Of a stretch of DNA of 64,000 nt, positions 52,401 through 64,000 are shown one piece after another. Source of the stretch: Lingula anatina (lineage: Eukaryota > Animalia > Brachiopoda). Location: assembly GCA_051362555.1 (NCBI GenBank), contig CM120645.1, positions 18,662,001-18,726,000 of the forward strand, read 5' to 3'. The translations under genes were made by a program, and so were the position numbers. Position 1 is the first letter of the stretch. The number at the start of each line of letters is the position of its first letter. The notes beneath the pieces are model-generated. The model was not told the DNA's origin, ran no database searches, and worked only from the letters and a program-made list of their open reading frames with translations.

Positions 52401-55400
52401 AATAATTGTATGATTTCTACGTCTCTATTTATCGTTGCAAATAGTAACACACGTTCTCTGAAGTGACTCCTGAAAAAAATGCACTAATCTGGATCATATC
52501 CCTGTAAGTAAGGATATAGGTCTATACACAATAGCACGCGCGACGATTGAAGTGGCAAAATAATGCAGGAACTGTAGTCCTATTATACAACAATATAAGA
52601 GGGGCCATTGACATACTTATCGTATGAAAAAAAATGAAAATAAAATTTTGGACTGCTTCACCATTCTCTGCCAGAAATATTGAAGTATAATCAGGCCTTT
52701 TCTTTCAACCCCTTCGAAATACGACACCTGATGGCTGTTATAGAATGGCACAGATCACATAGTTTTGTCTTTTCCGCCCAGGCAACCATCGCACTCCGGT
52801 CGCACAAGCAAGTGGCGGACTATCCTTTACGGATGCAGAGAAAGCTGGCACAGTATGGCGTACTGGAGAGGTAAATAGTCGGACTGCTCGAGAAACTGTA
52901 TGAAATACTACAATCGAGAATTATATTTAAAAAAATAATAAAGTTTTGATTAAATTAGAATACTGAAACAACTGAAGGATGATAAACACTTTTCCTTACC
53001 AAGAGTATTCGAAACTTTCTTACCCAACACATATTCAATGCAAGACCCCAAATGACTCATCGTAACATTTGTAACATATCTATTTTTTCAGTTACGAGTC
53101 GAAGCGTGTTATAGTCCGCCAGGGTCACCCTCCTCAAGGTTTTTACTTCATCCTCTTCGGGACTTGTATCGTAGCCATTTTCGCCCCTGGGAGTGAAAAG
53201 GCGAAGACCGTTGCCTATTTGTCCAGAGGAGAGAGTTTTGGGGTAAATTCAGTTCGATTTGTCTTTTAACGATTAAAGTTTATTGTCTGTTGCATGTGTG
53301 GATAATATTATTTTTTCTCTTTTACTATAGTGATAGGGGCCCCACAGTATGTTTATCAACATTTTGCATTTATTATAAGGTGAAACACTCCATGTGGAGC
53401 GCTGCACATGTACATTTGATTGCAAAGATCTTTTTTAAAACAGTGAAATAGAAATCAGATCGTCCTTTTTCACGTTAAAATTTATAGACACCTTTTCACG
53501 GATGTCATTTTGCCTATTTAAATACCTGTGCAGTAAGTTACCATTTTTTCAGTCGTTTGTTTGTTTATTCACTTGTTTTTTTATTATTATTATTAATATT
53601 TTTTTTTGTGCAGGAGCTTTCGATAATTAGCCGTGACAAACGCCAGTCGACCATCATTACAAAGAATTACGTAGAGCTCCTCTGTATATCCGCCACGGTA
53701 GGTACACAGTAAACCGCAGACTAGTTACACATGCAGATTTTTTATATGTCTCATATTTTTCTATTTTTATGCTAAAAAACACGTTTTGTTTTTGTTTTTT
53801 TTTTTGTGGGTAGGTGGGCAGCTCACTGCTTTTGTCAAAATCTTGAGTTTGATTACGTGTTCATTTTTAACCTTCATCCACTAGATTATAAGTATAATAT
53901 AAAAAAAGGTTGAAATTTTAAATAGTTTTGTAAAATAAATATCGCGAACGTAAACTGATAGTCCCTGAAACTTATTTTTCCTGTCTAGGTTTATGAGCAA
54001 ATATTCATGGTCGGGGGAGCAAAGAATATTAACGATCCTGATCACAATGATTTCATCAGGTAAATCATATTTATGGCATTTTATTAATGGTAATAATCAT
54101 TATATATTTTTGAAAATGCGACCTATTTAAGTTGTACATTATTGTAATAAAGGTCCATAACAGTACATTGTGTACGTTTAGAATTTAAAATAAATAAGGA
54201 TTGTTAATTGTCAAACCATGCGCAAAAATCCAAAAATTGAAAGAGGGTGACGGGAACATGACTGATTCTACCTACCCATAGTTGTAACGTGTTTCCAGAC
54301 GTGTTTTTCACGCCGGTGTAACGAAACTGAGGGTCATTGTAACAGAAAGTCCGCCTTCCATATAGTTATAATGGTTAGGGTTAGTCTGACCTACGTGGGT
54401 CAAAATCTAGGGCGAGGCTCACCTGTAACAATGAATGGGAAGCGGACTCTCTGTCACGTTACACCGGCGTTGTTTATTAGTAAGTATTAAATGTTTCAGG
54501 AGTATCGACTGTCTTGACGGATGGCCAATAGAGCGTCTTCAGCTAGATCCAAAACTGTTCGTTTTCTCATTCTTTAAGTAAGTGTTTTTTTTTTTAATAA
54601 AGTAGATTACACATTGACTTAGACTACCGTCGCCATTGTCACTAAAAGTTTCGAATATTGCTGTTCCAAACCTTTTCTTTTTTATCACTGACTTTTAGTT
54701 CGATGGACATTTTCTATGTAATTTTTTATTTTATGGAAAACAGCTGCTATTGAAAATGTTACATTTTTCATTATTTTGTACTAGAATTGAGTAGTAGTAT
54801 TTGCTTTAATTATCGATTTTCTCCGTTTTGTTTCAGACGAGGTGGTGTCATCGTGAGAGATAGCAATTATTCTGATTGGATCATTATCGTCAAATCGGTA
54901 TGTTTTTACCTTCTCTTTGTCATAAAATATTTCAATATTCAAAGCCATGTGCCTATTTGGTATTTTCTCAGCATTTGTAATTCCTCAGTGCAACTTTTTA
55001 GTAGGCCTATTAAAAATCATATTGAACCAATGCTGATATAAATTTGATGACATTTGCGTGGACCATTTTCCACGAAAAATTTCATCTCCATGTCATCCTT
55101 ACAGGGCAGTGTGCAGGTCCTCAAAAAACTAGTACAGGTCAACCCACAGGTGGATATAAACACTGGACGATTGATTCCGCAGAAGATCGTGGATAAAACT
55201 TATGGATACACTTGTTTCCAAATAAACCAATCAGAATATGAACGCTATTTGACAGACAATGAAATTGAACTTCCAAGTCCTTGCGGTGGAGAAGACGCAG
55301 ACGATGTCCCTATCGCAGATGTCATAGCTGAAGTCGAGGCTTCCAACTCATTGTCGCCATCTACCGGTGCTCATCACAGAGATCTATCTACATACAGAAG

Positions 55401-57431
55401 AACCCAGAGTGCCTTTTCACAAGCGCCTGTAATGCTACAAACGCCAGCGTCCATTAAAAGAAACGTTAAATCCGCAAATGATAAAGCTGCAAAAGTTACA
55501 CAAAGTTTACTCCAGAGAGTATGTATTGTGATGTCATTTTGAAAATATTTTTATATTAATTAATAATACGAAACATTGAACTAAACACCGTGAAAAAAGA
55601 TGTGAATGCATTTTGTGGGCTCTTTTGTGATAACTTGTTTTTTTGCTTTTAAAACAACAATTTTGGGTAATTTATTTTCAAAGTTCTATTATTCCCAGAG
55701 ACCAAGACTGGCAAACAAACTCAGTGCACATAACAAGAAGCAGAAGAGCGTCCCAGAGCAAGGTAACAGAATCCCGACCTTACAATTTGTAAGGCTTATT
55801 TGTTTTTGTTTTTTTATTTCTTTTATGGTAAAATGTGACAAACTTATCAACTGGTGTCATATGGTGACTAATATACAGGTATTTCATGTTTGAAACATAT
55901 AAGCAAAGTTGTGAATAAAAAGTAAGCGGCACATGTGAGTGATAACGGGATCACGCACGCAGAGACAATTTAAGAGCAAAATACTTTTGTGGCTATGGCC
56001 AGGAAATATTAAATAAAAAAGAACGAAATCTTGAGTGGGGATAGAAATTGGAAGTGTCAGGAAAAAGTGTGTTAATGTTTAACTTACGAGTAATTACGCC
56101 ATTTCTGTACCTGTACTTTGCCTTTGGCTATTAGCATTCAGAACTGTTTGAAATATGTAAAATGATGTATGATTGGACGGTTTGTTAGTATCCCCGGATG
56201 CCTAGATTGAAAAGTGACATGGAGACGATGATTGACAGCGGTGCCCCCTGTACATATACATGTACGTATAGAATGATTATGGAAGATAGGAAAGAAAGAC
56301 CAAATGATTAACTGCCCCCCTTGGCTATTAGATTCCAATTTAAAAAGCAATAAAAAAATGCACTCCGATCCACTATTAGATGTAATGGATATTGATTGAT
56401 AAACCGTTCAAGTTTGTGACCAATTCTGCACTGTTGGACTTAAAAAGAAGCCTATGACAGTGTTTCAGGCTGGATGTATACTCTGATCACTGAGAAGCAG
56501 TTCACACTCACCGAATTGCTTATTTCAGTTCCCGTTAAGACTGCGCCGGATGATGCTGACGACGATTTGGAGCCTGGGTTCGTCAACCAAAAACGCACAC
56601 TTTTCGACGATCTGGATTCAGCCTATAAAGAAAGAGTAAGTTACTAATTACCAATTATTTATTTCCACCTAGATATCTCCCGCATCCTCGAATACAGAGA
56701 ATGAGAGACGCGGCAACAAGTGCTTGTTTGTTTTGTGTCGATTTAGGTGTAAGCACTGTACACGTAAACATTTTTATAACGGGAATTGTTATAATATTTT
56801 TGAAAACAAACATATATTGCAGGAGCATATCGTGACAGAAGCTGACCTCAACCCACAGTTTGTGCAGGTGCAAACGCTGACAAAAGGATCCGTATTTGTA
56901 AGTCTCCAGTTATGGCTTTGGTTGTGGCCCCCTCGTGGCTAGGCACTAATCAATACTGACCGACACTAAGCGGTGGTCAATTTTCTCCAGCTGAGGTCAC
57001 CTCATGGCTATAGGGGACAAATCTAAGCTGGGATATAACTGACTGACGCTGCAGGCAGAAGTCAATTTCCCCAGCTTAGGTATATAAATGTACCTAGGCA
57101 AGATGTGACCGACGCCCAAAGTCTGTAACCGTTTTGTTAGAGGGATTTTTAAGATGATAGTTAAACACAAAGAGTATATTTAGTCAACACCTTACTTATC
57201 TGCCATTTTCTCTATACCAGTACGAAGATGTAGCGTCTCACTTCACCACTCACGTGTGAAAGAGTGGGAGAAAAACAGTGCGACACATAATCCTGGATCC
57301 GCCCCTGACATTGTAGAATAAAGGGTTTTCCCGGAAGGTCACTTCTTTAAAATAATTGACCTCCTCTTGATCAATCAGAAAGCAACTATACCATTTGTCA
57401 TTTTATTTGCACCCTCTTGATCCCTCTTAGG

Positions 57432-57478
<47 letters not shown>

Positions 57479-58432
57479 CGCGTGTGTGTACATTAAACAC
57501 ACTGTATATACATGTATATGGATTCTTGCTGCATGTATTACTTAAGTAAAGCGCGCACAAAATTTGCTTTTTTTTTTCTTTTGCCCTATAGAGTCCACCA
57601 CGTACAATTTAAACTTTTGTTTTTTGCAGGGTCTAGCAAATATTGTTTTTGACGACCAGCCCAGTCTCTGTATCGTCAGCAATGGTGCTGAATGTATCAT
57701 GATCAACAAGAAATTTTACCTGGAGCATTGCCCGGATGCATTAATGCGGCGCCTCAGAACGACGGTGAGTTGGGACTGCTCATTGCGATAGCTGAGATGG
57801 CTAAGTGTAAGACTGATTGCGTTTGTTGGGACTGGTAATTGTGCGCACGTGACCATGAACACATACATGGTGGCAGAAGCCTCATGATAACATCGGTGAC
57901 ATTAATTTAAAAAGCTGCGTCAGTCGTGTTATGCATATTTCCGCTACCACTCCTTTGTGTACTTTTTTAAATATTCTTAGTCTGAACAGGCTGCAGTACG
58001 AGGTCTGAACATGTTATATCGCCAGCCCCCCCTTTTTTTCTGGTGGGTTTTGTAAAATGTACAAGTAAAAATGTTGTTTTTTATCATCCCAGGTTTCTCC
58101 CTTCCCGTCTGACGACGCTACCACTCCTTTGTGTACTTTTTTAAATATTCATAGTCTGAGCAGGCTGCAGTACGAGGTCTGAACATGTTATATCGCCAGC
58201 CCCCCCCCCCCCCCCCCCCTTTTTTTCTGGTGGGTTTTGTAAAATGTACAAGTAAAAATGTTGTTTTTTATCATCCCAGGTTTCTCCCTTCCCGTCTGAC
58301 GACGAAATGCAGAAAAACCTCAAGGAGCGCGTCAACTGGGACGTATACCGGCAAGCCAGGCTAAACCACGTCGTCTTCGATATACAGCAGCTAAAAATGA
58401 GATTCAACTATGACGCTTTCATTTCGTGGTGA
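46891..58432 (+). CDS. CNBD2: Cyclic nucleotide-binding domain-containing protein (CNBD2-like), ~807 aa, 16 coding exons
   Basis: Frame-consistent GT-AG exons: 46891-47556, 49308-49390, 51262-51379, 52285-52359, 52782-52870, 53092-53242, 53614-53697, 53989-54059, 54500-54577, 54837-54897, 55105-55518, 55699-55762, 56529-56635, 56823-56897, 57630-57764, 58280-58432. CNB1: RVIVRQGH..FYFILFG..GESFG|ELSII..KRQSTI. Degenerate split CNB2: SDWIIIVKSG...KGSVFGL...VSNGAECIMI. Symbol is family-level. Confidence 0.85.
50051..50536. mobile_element. Tourist/Harbinger-like MITE (intronic)
   Basis: Imperfect 17-bp TIR gggacctgtttaacaaa / tttgtgaaatagatccc. Confidence 0.4.
51671..51918. mobile_element. Fully palindromic ~250-bp MITE (intronic)
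   Basis: cattcccacagat..tagatcgatc..ctaaattgctgtca..ggcttaaatgtctgtcacgccta is mirrored by taggcgtgacagacatttaagcc..tgacagcaatttag..gatcgatcta..atctgtgggaatg. Confidence 0.8.
54310..54470. mobile_element. MITE with 14-bp perfect TIR and GGTTAG core
   Basis: acgccggtgtaacg / cgttacaccggcgt; internal ggttagggttag; ends about 30 nt before the exon at 54500. Confidence 0.7.
57942..58304 (+). repeat. Recent ~175-bp tandem duplication covering the last splice acceptor of the CNBD gene
   Basis: 57942-58115 and 58116-58304 are near-identical (a few substitutions and C/T-run length differences); 2-bp CG microhomology at the junction. Confidence 0.92.
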
Positions 58433-58697
58433 CAGGACTACACATTTTGAATTTTACACTCATGATGGTCTTTGCAATTTGTTCAAAATCTCAATAGCTG
58501 TCCAGTTGTGGAGTACTAATTTATACATAGGACTAGGGCTTTTGATTAGAATACTCATTTTGGCAATCTTCTTTATTGAATATAAAAATCCTATAACGGT
58601 TTATTTTTCATATTTACGATAAAAACCATTTGTGGCTCAAATGCAAAATCTAAATTGACCAAAAACTTCATCAAGAGTAATGTACATACATGACATA

Positions 58698-60360
58698 CAG
58701 GGTTACCACTTAATATGGAATATTTTTAATCATTGTTATTTTTGAGTGCTCATTAATTATTTTTTGGCTTGAGTCATTAAAAAAGTATGTCACTGAGTGA
58801 TAATAACATCCAGTCTTCTGTTGTGAGATATTTTGGTCAATAATATTAAATCTGACATAAGGTGCTATTCAAAAGAAAGGAACACCCCCAGAAAACCATA
58901 TCAACAGTTTGATGCCAGTATAAACTTTAAGATAAGATATTAAAAAAAATGATAGCCTCCGGACAGTGATATGTTACACAGTCAAAGAACTCACTACAGT
59001 AAATCATGAAAAGTCAGTAATTGCGGGTATGACCTCCAGCAGCCGCTTGCAGCGCCCTCATCCTACATGGCATATCCTGTGACACGTTTTTTAGAGTTTG
59101 GGTGGGGATATCATTCCACGCAGTGATATTTGCCTGTCGCAGTTCATCACTATTTACCGGCCGAGGACCATAGCTATTAATTCTGTGAGTTACTTCCGCC
59201 CACATATTTTCAATTGGGTTCATATCTGGAGAGTTTGCAGGCCAGGGCAGTTGCTGAACCCATTGGTTTTGAAGAAAAACAGTGTTTCTGCGGCCTCGAT
59301 GTGGGGTTGCGCAGTCGTCTTGGTACACAAAGTTGTTCCTGAAGATGAATCTTAGCAATCGAAGCATTGTTTGCTGTAGAATGTCTCTGTAGGAATCCTG
59401 GATGAGGTTGCCTCCTAGAAAAATCAACTGGTTCTGGGCACCGACATGAAATACTCCCCAAACAGAGACGTTACCATCCCCTGCTTGCACCCTAGGCAGT
59501 ACACAATAATTGTTTTATGCCCCTCGTACACGTCGGTGGATACGGATTCGACGATCAACCCTAAAAAACCCATATCTGGCCTTATCACTGAAAACAACGT
59601 GATTCCAGTGTTTTGGCTGCAAAGGCACGTGGTCCCCAGCCCTTTGCAGACGTCGCTGTATATGACCTGCTGTTAACAGTGGTTTCCCTACTGGTCTTCG
59701 TGCAAAATAACCGGCTTGCAGAAATCTCTTGTTCACGTGGGACCTTGAAACGGGCGTTTGAATGACATTCTGCCTCTCTTTTCTGAGGACACTGGTTGTT
59801 TTTGTACGTCCAGCACGGCTTCCACTAAGGAGAAGGCGATCCTGTCTTCTTGGTGTGATACGCGGACACCCTGGTCGAGGTATTGGAGTAGGTGCCACTA
59901 CTGTAGCAGCATTTCTTTGGAGGACTTCACAAACGGTTCCTGATAAATGTTGAATTACCAGGCAATGGCTGTCCGTTTCTGGCCATTTTCTCTGAGAGCA
60001 AGAATCCCATAGTAAGCTGCGTTGCTTTGCTGTCGAACCATATCTTCACTAAGATACCTGTCAAGTTTCAGAGCGATCCCGTTGTTGCTTCTCTAAACAC
60101 GCTCCAAAGATTGACCAAACCCATGCGTTTTTATACAAGGGCAGAAATTGCCGAAAAGGCCACCCCTCAAATTTCTGACCACAGAACATGCAACTGCATG
60201 CATCAATTGTTTCGAGAGTTGTGTGGTAATTAGGTAACACATCTGGCTACACATGGAGTGACACCTCAGCTTTGGATTTAAAGTAGTTAGAGAGAAATTA
60301 AATATTTTGTAGAAAATTTATTCGCCAAAAAATAATATTCCATATTAAGTGGTAACCCTG
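58698..60360 (-). mobile_element. Full-length Tc1 (DD34E) DNA transposon with inactivated transposase
   Basis: 27-bp TIRs cagggttaccacttaatatggaatatt with TA on both flanks (58696-58697, 60361-60362); length 1663 bp. Confidence 0.93.
59014..60041 (-). pseudogene. Tc1 transposase pseudogene
   Basis: ATG at 60041, then an early stop and frameshifts. Motifs PRPGCPRIT, WNHVVFSD, VWG, YQDDCATPH and SPDMNPIENMW, with 34 residues between the second catalytic D and E. Confidence 0.9.
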
Positions 60361-61352
60361 TACATGTACTGCATGACGAAAACGTTTTTTTTATGCTGGG
60401 GTGTGAAGACCAAGATCCGTCAAGACAAAAAGGAAGTGGTTCGATTTTTTTACTGTCCTAATTTCTTAGAAATGATGCCATATTTGTTAGCGTCATCTTC
60501 GTGTATCTGCGCATTGCGAGGAGCTCATGATCTCTTAGACATTGTCGGATACAGGGATATATACAGGCAGCCTAAGGCAAACCACCTTACCCCTTCACTT
60601 CTTCTTGATACCCATACTCCGCAAGTGTAACAACTTTTGATCAGATATTCATTACATGTACCTTTACAGGATGCTGAATTGTCTATAGATTAACTAATAA
60701 AATGTATTTTTGACGTTGCTTCGTACATGTGTGGTAGCCGGGATACAATTTTGGATCCTTTGTTTTAGGTTTAATCCGTTTTTCTTCTTATATTCAAACA
60801 TAACGATATTCCGCGGGTGGGGATGTTATGAGTAATCTTTACGGCTGTTGTTTCGGGAAGGGGGCAGTTTCTGGAAAGACACACTTTCTCACTTTCTCTT
60901 TCTCTCTCTCTCTCTCTCTCATAATCAATCCAAAAACAATCCTTGTTTTAGTATCATTGTGAACGTGAAAAGGGTTCGTTATCTAGATGTCATGAACGCA
61001 TATAGCAATACGGATTTGTCGTCCAAACGCGAAAACTGGTCGTAGCGTAGGGCTTTGTGGTCGCATTTTAGAATCATGCACCAGGCCTACGTCGTCGGTA
61101 TACGGAATGCCTTGTATACTTGTATAAATATTTCACGAAATGTGCCATGATTTCTGGCCTGGTACATTGAAACTATTTAAGACCGGGTAATGTTGCAAAA
61201 CGCACCATTTTTCGACTTATTTAAATATAGTGGAGCCGGGAAAAGTAACTTTACCAAAACGTCGTGCTAGTATGGTCGCCATGGGCATTGGAAAGCCATA
61301 TGATATAGCAATTGTGCCCGGAACGATTTCAACGCGATGAACTTTTCTGTCA

Positions 61353-61619
61353 AGGCGGTCCAACCTTCAGACCTACCCAACTACCAGACTCGGCACCGAA
61401 TGATCCTGAATTCATCGGTAGATCAGACCACACTACCCGTTTTCAAGGTGTGTGTCAGATCGTATTACACAGTATCAGAAGCGACACCGCTCTTGCCTAG
61501 TACGCGATCTGATAATAGTGACAATTCTCAGCAGGGTTGAAAAGCATTGCATCACCACTCAAAATTTGTTCATTCGGTGCCGAGACTGGTAGTTGGGTAG
61601 GCCTGAACCTTGAACCCCC
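61353..61619. mobile_element. Inverted-repeat MITE-like element
   Basis: ttcagacctacccaactaccagactcggcaccgaatga is inverted against tcattcggtgccgagactggtagttgggtaggcctgaa. Confidence 0.7.
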
Positions 61620-62117
61620 AAAAAAGTGTGGTGGTAGGCGCATGTCTGAGATTAATTTCTTCTTATCAAAATGAGACGATTCAAGGCTGGTAGCCCCCCG
61701 CCCCCCCCCCCCCGCCCCCCCCCCCCCCCCCCCATATTTGACTGCGCCCCTTAGTCGACCACGTGTACCTTCATAAAACGTTGATGATGATTGTGACAGC
61801 AGTGCTCCCAAGGCCCGTGAGCTACCATGGCCAAACAGTACTTCTGCCTCCTTTCTGCCTCCCGTGAAATAGCTTGTTGGGACCATATTGTCAGCCTTGA
61901 AGAGCCCTCAATTTTATCTTGAATGTTCTGGTCCGTTTATCGGACTGCCCACCACCAAAATAATGAGTATCGAGGTCTAATGATTGTCTTGTGTAAGGAT
62001 ATTTAATACTTGTCACCAGTGGCCAGGGATCTGAGGGTCGAAGCTTACTCTTCACAGCAGCTTCCAAATGTGCTCTCCTACAGGCATTTGATTTACAATT
62101 CGTTGACCAATCTATTC

Positions 62118-62159
<42 letters not shown>
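62118..62159. repeat. (AAT)n microsatellite
   Basis: Direct reading. Other simple repeats: (CA)n ~17105-17147, 49409-49437, 63943-63974; (GT)n 37091-37121, 48570-48613, 57437-57470. Confidence 0.9.
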
Positions 62160-62160
<1 letters not shown>

Positions 62161-63937
62161 GTAAAAGTATGGACCATTGGCTCTTCAGTCGCAGTTTTAA
62201 CCTCAATTGTTGTGGGGAGGCGGTTGTCGTAGTTCTAGATCTGTGTAAAGGGGGCGTTGGTGGTTAATGCAGCGAATCATAATTGTTATTAGTTTTTCTC
62301 TTACATTACCAGACTTGCCTGATTGATCGGGCAGGTGACCCTTAACGCGATTACTGACAGTTCTATTTGTCAATACACATTGCTCCTTCTAAGCTGACTC
62401 TTGCTGGTTTTCCTTTCTGACCATTACAAAAAGATAACTATCTAACACAAGTACGGCAGTCTCCTTTTCCAACAACGCAAATTCAAATTTAAAAAGGAGC
62501 AAAAAACTGAATCCGCCTGTTAAACTCGTTAAGTAATGGGTTGTTTTTCACAGCCATCACTATATTATGAGTTACGGGTTTTATAGTGGACCACACATCA
62601 ACGAAAGGGTATGGGGAATCGAATGACAAAAAAAATGAAGAGGGCTGTCCTGATCAATATGAATTCCATCGACTCACATGTTGCCAGGATCTTACATTGG
62701 CAGAAAACCTTTTAAATCATACATAATTTAACCATTCTTCCGCGGAAAATGGCGTCGTCAAAACACTGTCATAATTTGATGAAGTGGATTTTATCTAGGG
62801 CATGGGCCGACTAACCCAACACATATAAGTTTGCATTATATGATAGTAGGATATTACTCTGTGTTTAATATTTCATAAGTGGGTAGTCTTTGTCATATCG
62901 TGATAATAAATTAGTCTGTGGACAATAAAACTATTATTGCTATTTTTCACAGATAAAGGCCATATATCATTAATTAATTACGCATTTATGATAATCGTAT
63001 ATGTACATCAAAAAGAAGTAGACTTGTTTGAATAGGTTGTCTTAGGTAATCAACATCAACCTGATGTCAAATAATAGCAATGCCCTCAGCCAGACAGGTT
63101 AATACAAGGTCATTTTTAAACAATAGTATTAAGGTATCAGCATCATGTGTACTACTTTATCTCAATCCTTTCCAGACGTTTATCTGTATGAATGCCAGAT
63201 TTCCTGAGGGAGTGCACAATTTATGTATGCGGACATTATCTCGTTATTTTTGTTTTACAGTCTATTTATGTCCTCAGTCCTTCGGTGTTTTTGTTTGCAC
63301 ATTTCTAATAACACGTGAGTAGAAAACAAATGGCTTCGGGTCTCAAGGATGCTGAATATACATTTCCCCTTTAGTGTGGGACATCTCTCAATGTTTTTAC
63401 CAAGAAAGTCAATGCTTTTATTTTAAAGGGTAGTAAAAATTTTTTTCTCCAGCTTTTATCCTTCAGATGTGACCGTTTTAATACTACCTGTAAGTCTTAA
63501 ACTTATTTAATTCTTACTACTTTTTCTAACACAGCGACTCTTTTACAGAGTAATGGATTCTCGCAATGTATATTTTTATGTTTAATGGCGAAGTAAACCT
63601 CTATCTCTCATTTTAAATTACTATTTTGCAAACTGTCTGCATTTATATGTGCTCGCACTCTCTTGATAACAACTGTTGAGTTGTTTGATTTGTTTCTTCT
63701 ATCCCAATTAGAGCCTGGTGCATGTACATACAGACTGGAGGAGTACACAAACAAAGCCACATCACCCATTGTACAAAGTTAAATATTTGCCTTAAGTTTT
63801 ACTTCTGAAATGAGGTGCATTTCAGCTCAATTCCAAACTTTGGCAGACTAAAGATTACTGGAAAGGTGCAAACATAAAATTGAAAACATCTTCACTTCCC
63901 TCGCCACAAGCTCGCGCCGTCTCCCGCACATTCGCAC

Positions 63938-63975
<38 letters not shown>

Positions 63976-64000
63976 CTCCGCGATAGCTACGTTAATATTG

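Noticed and set aside
56673-56822. In-frame alternative acceptor adding 50 codons to the CNBD exon at 56823
   Set aside because: It would need a 37-nt intron and the added peptide looks intron-like; cannot be supported without RNA data.
1-64000. CRISPR arrays, rRNA genes, and the many 60-180 aa antisense or microsatellite-derived ORFs
   Set aside because: No regularly spaced repeat-spacer arrays or rRNA-like sequence. The short ORFs are shadows of real genes or translations of simple repeats.

Overview
AT-rich, microsatellite- and MITE-rich animal genomic DNA with GT-AG introns; probably an invertebrate such as a lophotrochozoan (inference from the gene families). From left to right: (1) three tandem + strand ANL-superfamily acyl-CoA synthetase-like genes with intronless CDSs, where copies 1 and 2 show mosaic identity suggesting gene conversion; (2) a ~2020-aa two-exon - strand receptor (signal peptide, CUB, C-type lectin, LDLa repeats, LRRs, degenerate rhodopsin-type 7TM; GRL101/LGR-like); (3) head-to-head with it, two tandem four-exon PKDCC/VLK-like secreted kinases, one with the catalytic Lys changed to Arg and one with a C-terminal frameshift; (4) a 16-exon CNBD2-like cyclic-nucleotide-binding gene with an N-terminal array of RRxS sites and a duplicated last splice acceptor; (5) a decayed full-length DD34E Tc1 element, a foldback Tc1 derivative built from two inverted 3' halves, several MITEs, LINE remnants and a twin tRNA-like sequence. 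Exon boundaries and identities were read by eye; no database searches were run.
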